Part shown: positions 32,367-34,962 of the stretch, piece by piece
Layout of the letters: every line of letters starts with the position of its first letter
Position numbering within the stretch: the stretch's first letter is position 1
Assembly (NCBI GenBank): GCA_049306055.1
Contig: JBAQPT010000124.1
Span: 1-34,962 of the forward strand
Origin: Minisyncoccia bacterium
GTDB lineage: Bacteria > Patescibacteriota > Minisyncoccia > Phycocordibacterales > UBA2100
DNA: 34,962 nt
Direction: 5' to 3'
Translations under genes and position numbers: made by a program
Notes under the pieces: model-generated
Database searches by the model: none
What the model was told of the DNA's origin: nothing
What the model saw: the letters and a program-made list of their open reading frames with translations, nothing else

Positions 32367-33308
32367 TCAAGAAATCGGACACGGTTCGTTATACGCGTCT
32401 TGGTACCGCTTTTTAAACTCTTCGATCGTGTATTTGTGCTCTTGCGTCCCAACAACCTCCACGGCGAAAACGGCAGCGACGCTTCCGAGCTTTGCGCATG
32501 TTTCCGGCGGAAGTCCACCGAGGAATCCCTTCGCGTATCCGGCACGGAAGGCATCCCCTGCGCCCGTTGGGTCAAGAACTTTTTCCGACGGCACAGCTTT
32601 TACACGAATTTCGTTGTTCGGCGTGATGACACGCGAACCTTCGGCGCCGAGTGTAATGATGAGCGTTTTCGCATGTTGCAAAATATCCCCTTCCTGCCAG
32701 CCAGTTTTCTGTGTGATCATCGCAAGTTCGTAATCATTGCCAAAAACAACTTCCGCGCCATTGATGCCGTTTTGCATGTCGCTTTCTGAGAGCGCTGGGA
32801 TCATTTGCCCCGGATCGAAAAAGAATGGAATCTTGCGCGCGCGATACAATTCTGGAAACGCGTGCATGTCTTCGAGACAGCCGGGCGCGACGATCGCAAG
32901 CTTCGCGCCGTCAAACGGCAATTGATCGCCGTACCCTTTCCCACCAGCGCCGGGGTGAAATGCTGCAATCTGATTGTCGCCGCGGTCAGTCATCATGTAC
33001 GCAAACGACGTATCGAGCGACGGCTCGCGATGAATTGTTGTCGTGTCGATATTGAGCGACTTCAAATATGTTTCGTACCGTTCAAAATCTTTTCCTGCAG
33101 TCGCGATAATCGACGGCGATTCGCCAAGCAATGCAAGCGAATATGCAATATTCGTGGAACAACCGCCAAAATGCTCTTTATGATCCGGCACAACGAAACT
33201 GACGTTGATGTTGTGGAGCTTCTCCGGCATAAAATGATTCCGAAACAGATCCGGAAAATCCATGATGTGGTCGTACGCCAAAGAGCCGGAAATAAGAATT
33301 TTGGACAT
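32367..33308 (-). CDS. PfkB-family carbohydrate/nucleoside kinase
   Basis: ISGSLAYDHI, GGCSTNIAY and DPTGAGDAFRAGY. The ATG at 33308 is preceded by TGcTACGAT-N6. Confidence 0.85.
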   Translation of the reverse strand: MSKILISGSLAYDHIMDFPDLFRNHFMPEKLHNINVSFVVPDHKEHFGGCSTNIAYSLALLGESPSIIATAGKDFERYETYLKSLNIDTTTIHREPSLDTSFAYMMTDRGDNQIAAFHPGAGGKGYGDQLPFDGAKLAIVAPGCLEDMHAFPELYRARKIPFFFDPGQMIPALSESDMQNGINGAEVVFGNDYELAMITQKTGWQEGDILQHAKTLIITLGAEGSRVITPNNEIRVKAVPSEKVLDPTGAGDAFRAGYAKGFLGGLPPETCAKLGSVAAVFAVEVVGTQEHKYTIEEFKKRYQDAYNEPCPIS

Positions 33309-33322
33309 GCCGGAATCGTAGC

Positions 33323-33356
33323 ATAAAAAGAAACGGCCCACGCAAGTGCGCGGGCC
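33323..33356 (-). terminator. intrinsic terminator after the Cys-rich gene, abutting the pfkB-family start
   Basis: On the minus strand: GGCCCGCGC-actt-GCGTGGGCC followed by GTTTCTTTTTA. Confidence 0.6.
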
Positions 33357-33373
33357 GGGTTGCTGCTGCTGTG

Positions 33374-34024
33374 TCAGTACGAACGGTAGCGAGGTAAAAG
33401 TTGCTCCGCCTTCAGTGCAGAGAGATTACCTGCGATGACTTGCTTCACGAAAGCTTCTTGACGTTGCTTCGGAGCCTTTTGGACAACCATCGCTTGACCA
33501 TAACCAAGCCGACGAGTCACTGGCAAAGAATCGTTCAAAAATGCGAACGCCTGGCTCGATAGCTTTGAGCGGAAATTTGCTCGGTTATTAACCCAGATAT
33601 ACTCACGCCTCAGTTCCTGCGCAATAAACCCGCGTTCTAAGCTGAACTCATCGATAAGCCGTTCGATGTACTGAATCTCGGCCCAAAGCGTCAGGTTTTT
33701 CCCGGTCTTGATTGCAGTGATGATGTCATCGATCTCTCGCTGCCTCTTATCAAGCTTTTCATCCTCAGGCTCGGCTGCGACACCACCATGCTTCTTACAA
33801 AGCCCGGTATCTGGGTTAATTGCGACCTGACTTCTTTTGCCGCGATCCTCACGTACGCACTCGACGCATTTGCGCCACGGACTCTTGCAGCGCATCTTTG
33901 CGCAGCCGCCGAAGTTAATGGTGGGTCGAGACGACCACGCGCTGCAATTTCCTTCATTAGCCGGTTCTATGACGCAGTCTTTATGCTTCGACTCTGTTTC
34001 GGATTTCTCTGTCTTGACGGTCAT
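33374..34024 (-). CDS. hypothetical Cys-rich (zinc-ribbon-like) protein with a helical C-terminal domain
   Basis: AGGGAG-N7-ATG at 34024. Contains CAKMRCKSPWRKCVECV (C-x4-C-x6-C-x2-C). The 100-codon N-terminal extension in the track covers the intergenic repeat. Confidence 0.55.
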   Translation of the reverse strand: MTVKTEKSETESKHKDCVIEPANEGNCSAWSSRPTINFGGCAKMRCKSPWRKCVECVREDRGKRSQVAINPDTGLCKKHGGVAAEPEDEKLDKRQREIDDIITAIKTGKNLTLWAEIQYIERLIDEFSLERGFIAQELRREYIWVNNRANFRSKLSSQAFAFLNDSLPVTRRLGYGQAMVVQKAPKQRQEAFVKQVIAGNLSALKAEQLLPRYRSY

Positions 34025-34119
34025 CGTCTCGCTCCCTGTCGTTAAGACACACAAGCATTCTTGCGGCAGCATAGCAGTGACGAGAGCTTTCCACAATGAA
34101 TGAGATCTTTGTTTTTTAC

Positions 34120-34275
34120 GAGAAAATTTTGTAGTGTAGCACCGCAGGTCACATATATTTCCTTGCCGACGCTCGGAAATTTCGCGATCACGCATAAATC
34201 GCCGGTGCGATTTTGCGCGATCCCGCCTCGCAGCCGAGCTGCTTCGGCCTTGCGACGGGGCCCCACCCCCCGTCT
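34120..34275 (+). repeat. Structured intergenic module, copy Y1
   Basis: AAATTTTGTAGTG / GACGCTCGGAAATTTCGCG / inserted hairpin 34191-34217 / TCCCGCCTCGC (34221-34231) / GCCGAG-ctgc-TTCGGC / GCTTCGGCCTTGC (34241-34253) / GACGGGG-N7-CCCCGTC (34254-34274). Confidence 0.8.
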
Positions 34276-34358
34276 CACCCGTCTCGCGGTTTCGCCGGTT
34301 GACGAAACATCGCTCCGACTCCAATATGTCAGAAAAGGCAAAGAAGTTTGCCTTTTCT
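34276..34358 (+). repeat. Structured intergenic module, copy Y2 (short form), ending 10 nt before tRNA-Glu
   Basis: CCCGTCTCGCG (34278-34288) / GTTTCG-N8-CGAAAC (34289-34308) / ACATCGCTCCGACTCC (34307-34322) / AGAAAAGGCAAA-gaag-TTTGCCTTTTCT (34331-34358, a perfect 12-bp stem). Confidence 0.75.
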
Positions 34359-34368
34359 GTAGCATATT

Positions 34369-34440
34369 GGCCCTATCGTCTATCGGCTAGGACACATCCT
34401 TCTCAAGGATGGAAGGCGGGTTCGATTCCCGCTAGGGTCA
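34369..34440 (+). tRNA. tRNA-Glu (anticodon CUC), CCA not encoded
   Basis: Acceptor GGCCCTA/TAGGGTC, D stem GTCT/GGAC, anticodon stem CATCC/GGATG with loop TTCTCAA, and T arm GCGGG-TTCGATT-CCCGC. Discriminator is A. Confidence 0.9.
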
Positions 34441-34580
34441 AAAACGACACGAAGACATTCCCTGCGGAATGTCTTCGTGGGTTTTTGAAGACGGAGGCAT
34501 GTTTTGTCAGCAGACAAAACGGCCGAGTCCGGGGCTGGAAAATTTTTGAGCGTCGTCTGCCGACCCCGGACAAAAAATTA
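34441..34580 (-). repeat. Structured intergenic module, copy B, minus orientation, tail-to-tail with tRNA-Glu
   Basis: Read on the minus strand: TAATTTTTTGTCCGGGG / GACGCTCAAAAATTTTCC / AGCCCCGGACTCGGCC / GTTTTGTC-tgct-GACAAAAC (34501-34520) / ACATGCCTCCGTCTTC / terminator hairpin. Confidence 0.8.
34448..34486. terminator. bidirectional intrinsic terminator (tRNA-Glu on plus, module B on minus)
   Basis: CACGAAGACATTCC-ctgc-GGAATGTCTTCGTG (14 bp), with GGTTTTT on plus and TCGTTTTT on minus. Confidence 0.75.
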
Positions 34581-34655
34581 TTGTGGCTCATGGATTTTAT
34601 AGCTTTATTTTGAGCCGCAAAATTTTCATTCAAACGGGACAGTTGGAACCGACGC

Positions 34656-34961
34656 TTATTTTTCGTACATTTGGCTTCTTACATTCTCAAGTTCAAGTAA
34701 AAGCTGCGGGTCAGTAATTTTACTAAAACGTGGGACATGATTGCCGTCCTTTTCAATTTCTTCCATAAACATATCCAGCGGGCGCGCTTGGTACGAGGCA
34801 GGCGCGAACCAATCCGCGTCATAGAGCGGACGGTAAAGGACGGAATAGCTCTTGTCCTCGGTGTTTCGAGCAAGACCCACTACTTCATACATGTAATTAT
34901 GCAGCTCGCCACTTGGGTCATGTTTGTAATGCACGTAAAAGCCATTTTCAGGGATGTTCAT
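34656..34961 (-). CDS. DUF1653-like protein; N-terminus at or beyond the window edge
   Basis: GFYVHYKHDPSGELHNYMYEVVGLARNTEDKSYSVLYRPLY fits the DUF1653 pattern. The ATG sits 1 nt from the window end, so the true start is unverified. Confidence 0.65.
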   Translation of the reverse strand: MNIPENGFYVHYKHDPSGELHNYMYEVVGLARNTEDKSYSVLYRPLYDADWFAPASYQARPLDMFMEEIEKDGNHVPRFSKITDPQLLLELENVRSQMYEK

Positions 34962-34962
34962 A

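Noticed and set aside
1-34962. An alternative genetic code (stop-codon reassignment) as the explanation for the in-frame TAA in tyrS
   Set aside because: TAA, TAG and TGA each terminate well-recognised genes at the expected C-termini, for example TAA at 1101-1103, TGA at the end of dnaB (9839-9841), and TAG at the end of mnmA (3553-3555).
1-34962. CRISPR arrays, rRNA genes, tmRNA, RNase P RNA or SRP RNA
   Set aside because: I saw no regularly spaced direct repeats and no recognisable conserved cores of these RNAs in any intergenic region. This was a scan by eye only.

Overview
This is a gene-dense bacterial chromosomal window with about 44 protein genes and 2 tRNAs. It uses the standard genetic code: TAA, TAG and TGA all terminate recognisable genes.

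The content is mostly housekeeping:
- Nucleotide excision repair: uvrA, uvrB and a short uvrC.
- Replication and recombination: dnaB, recR, rmuC.
- Cell wall: murB, ddl, mltG.
- Translation and RNA: mnmA, rplU, tyrS, tRNA-Ala(UGC), tRNA-Glu(CUC).
- Other recognisable genes: an M16 peptidase, an MGMT-domain protein, a Cas4-like PD-(D/E)XK nuclease, MgtC, a PfkB kinase, an RRM RNA-binding protein, a GatB/YqeY protein, and many small or lineage-specific ORFs.

I saw no rRNA, CRISPR array, transposase or integrase. Several traits suggest a reduced-genome uncultivated lineage (CPR/Patescibacteria-like), but this is inference only: UvrC without the HhH tail, a sigma-region-4/HARE-HTH protein, and many orphan small genes.

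Findings most worth a second look:
1. A previously unannotated modular repeat family is present in five intergenic copies, with conserved single-stranded blocks and covarying hairpins. Three copies abut tRNA genes, and two inverted copies bracket tRNA-Glu.
2. A TGnTAnnnT-N6/7-ATG architecture recurs. These are extended -10 boxes abutting start codons, which implies leaderless mRNAs, and they often sit directly after the upstream terminator.
3. tyrS is interrupted by a single in-frame TAA upstream of its KMSKS motif.
4. An orphan intrinsic terminator with about 95 nt of unassigned sequence lies just upstream of tyrS.
5. A Fic-fold protein has its catalytic His replaced by Glu, and an ATP-cone domain is fused to a PD-(D/E)XK nuclease.

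All calls come from reading the sequence by eye. No database searches were run.
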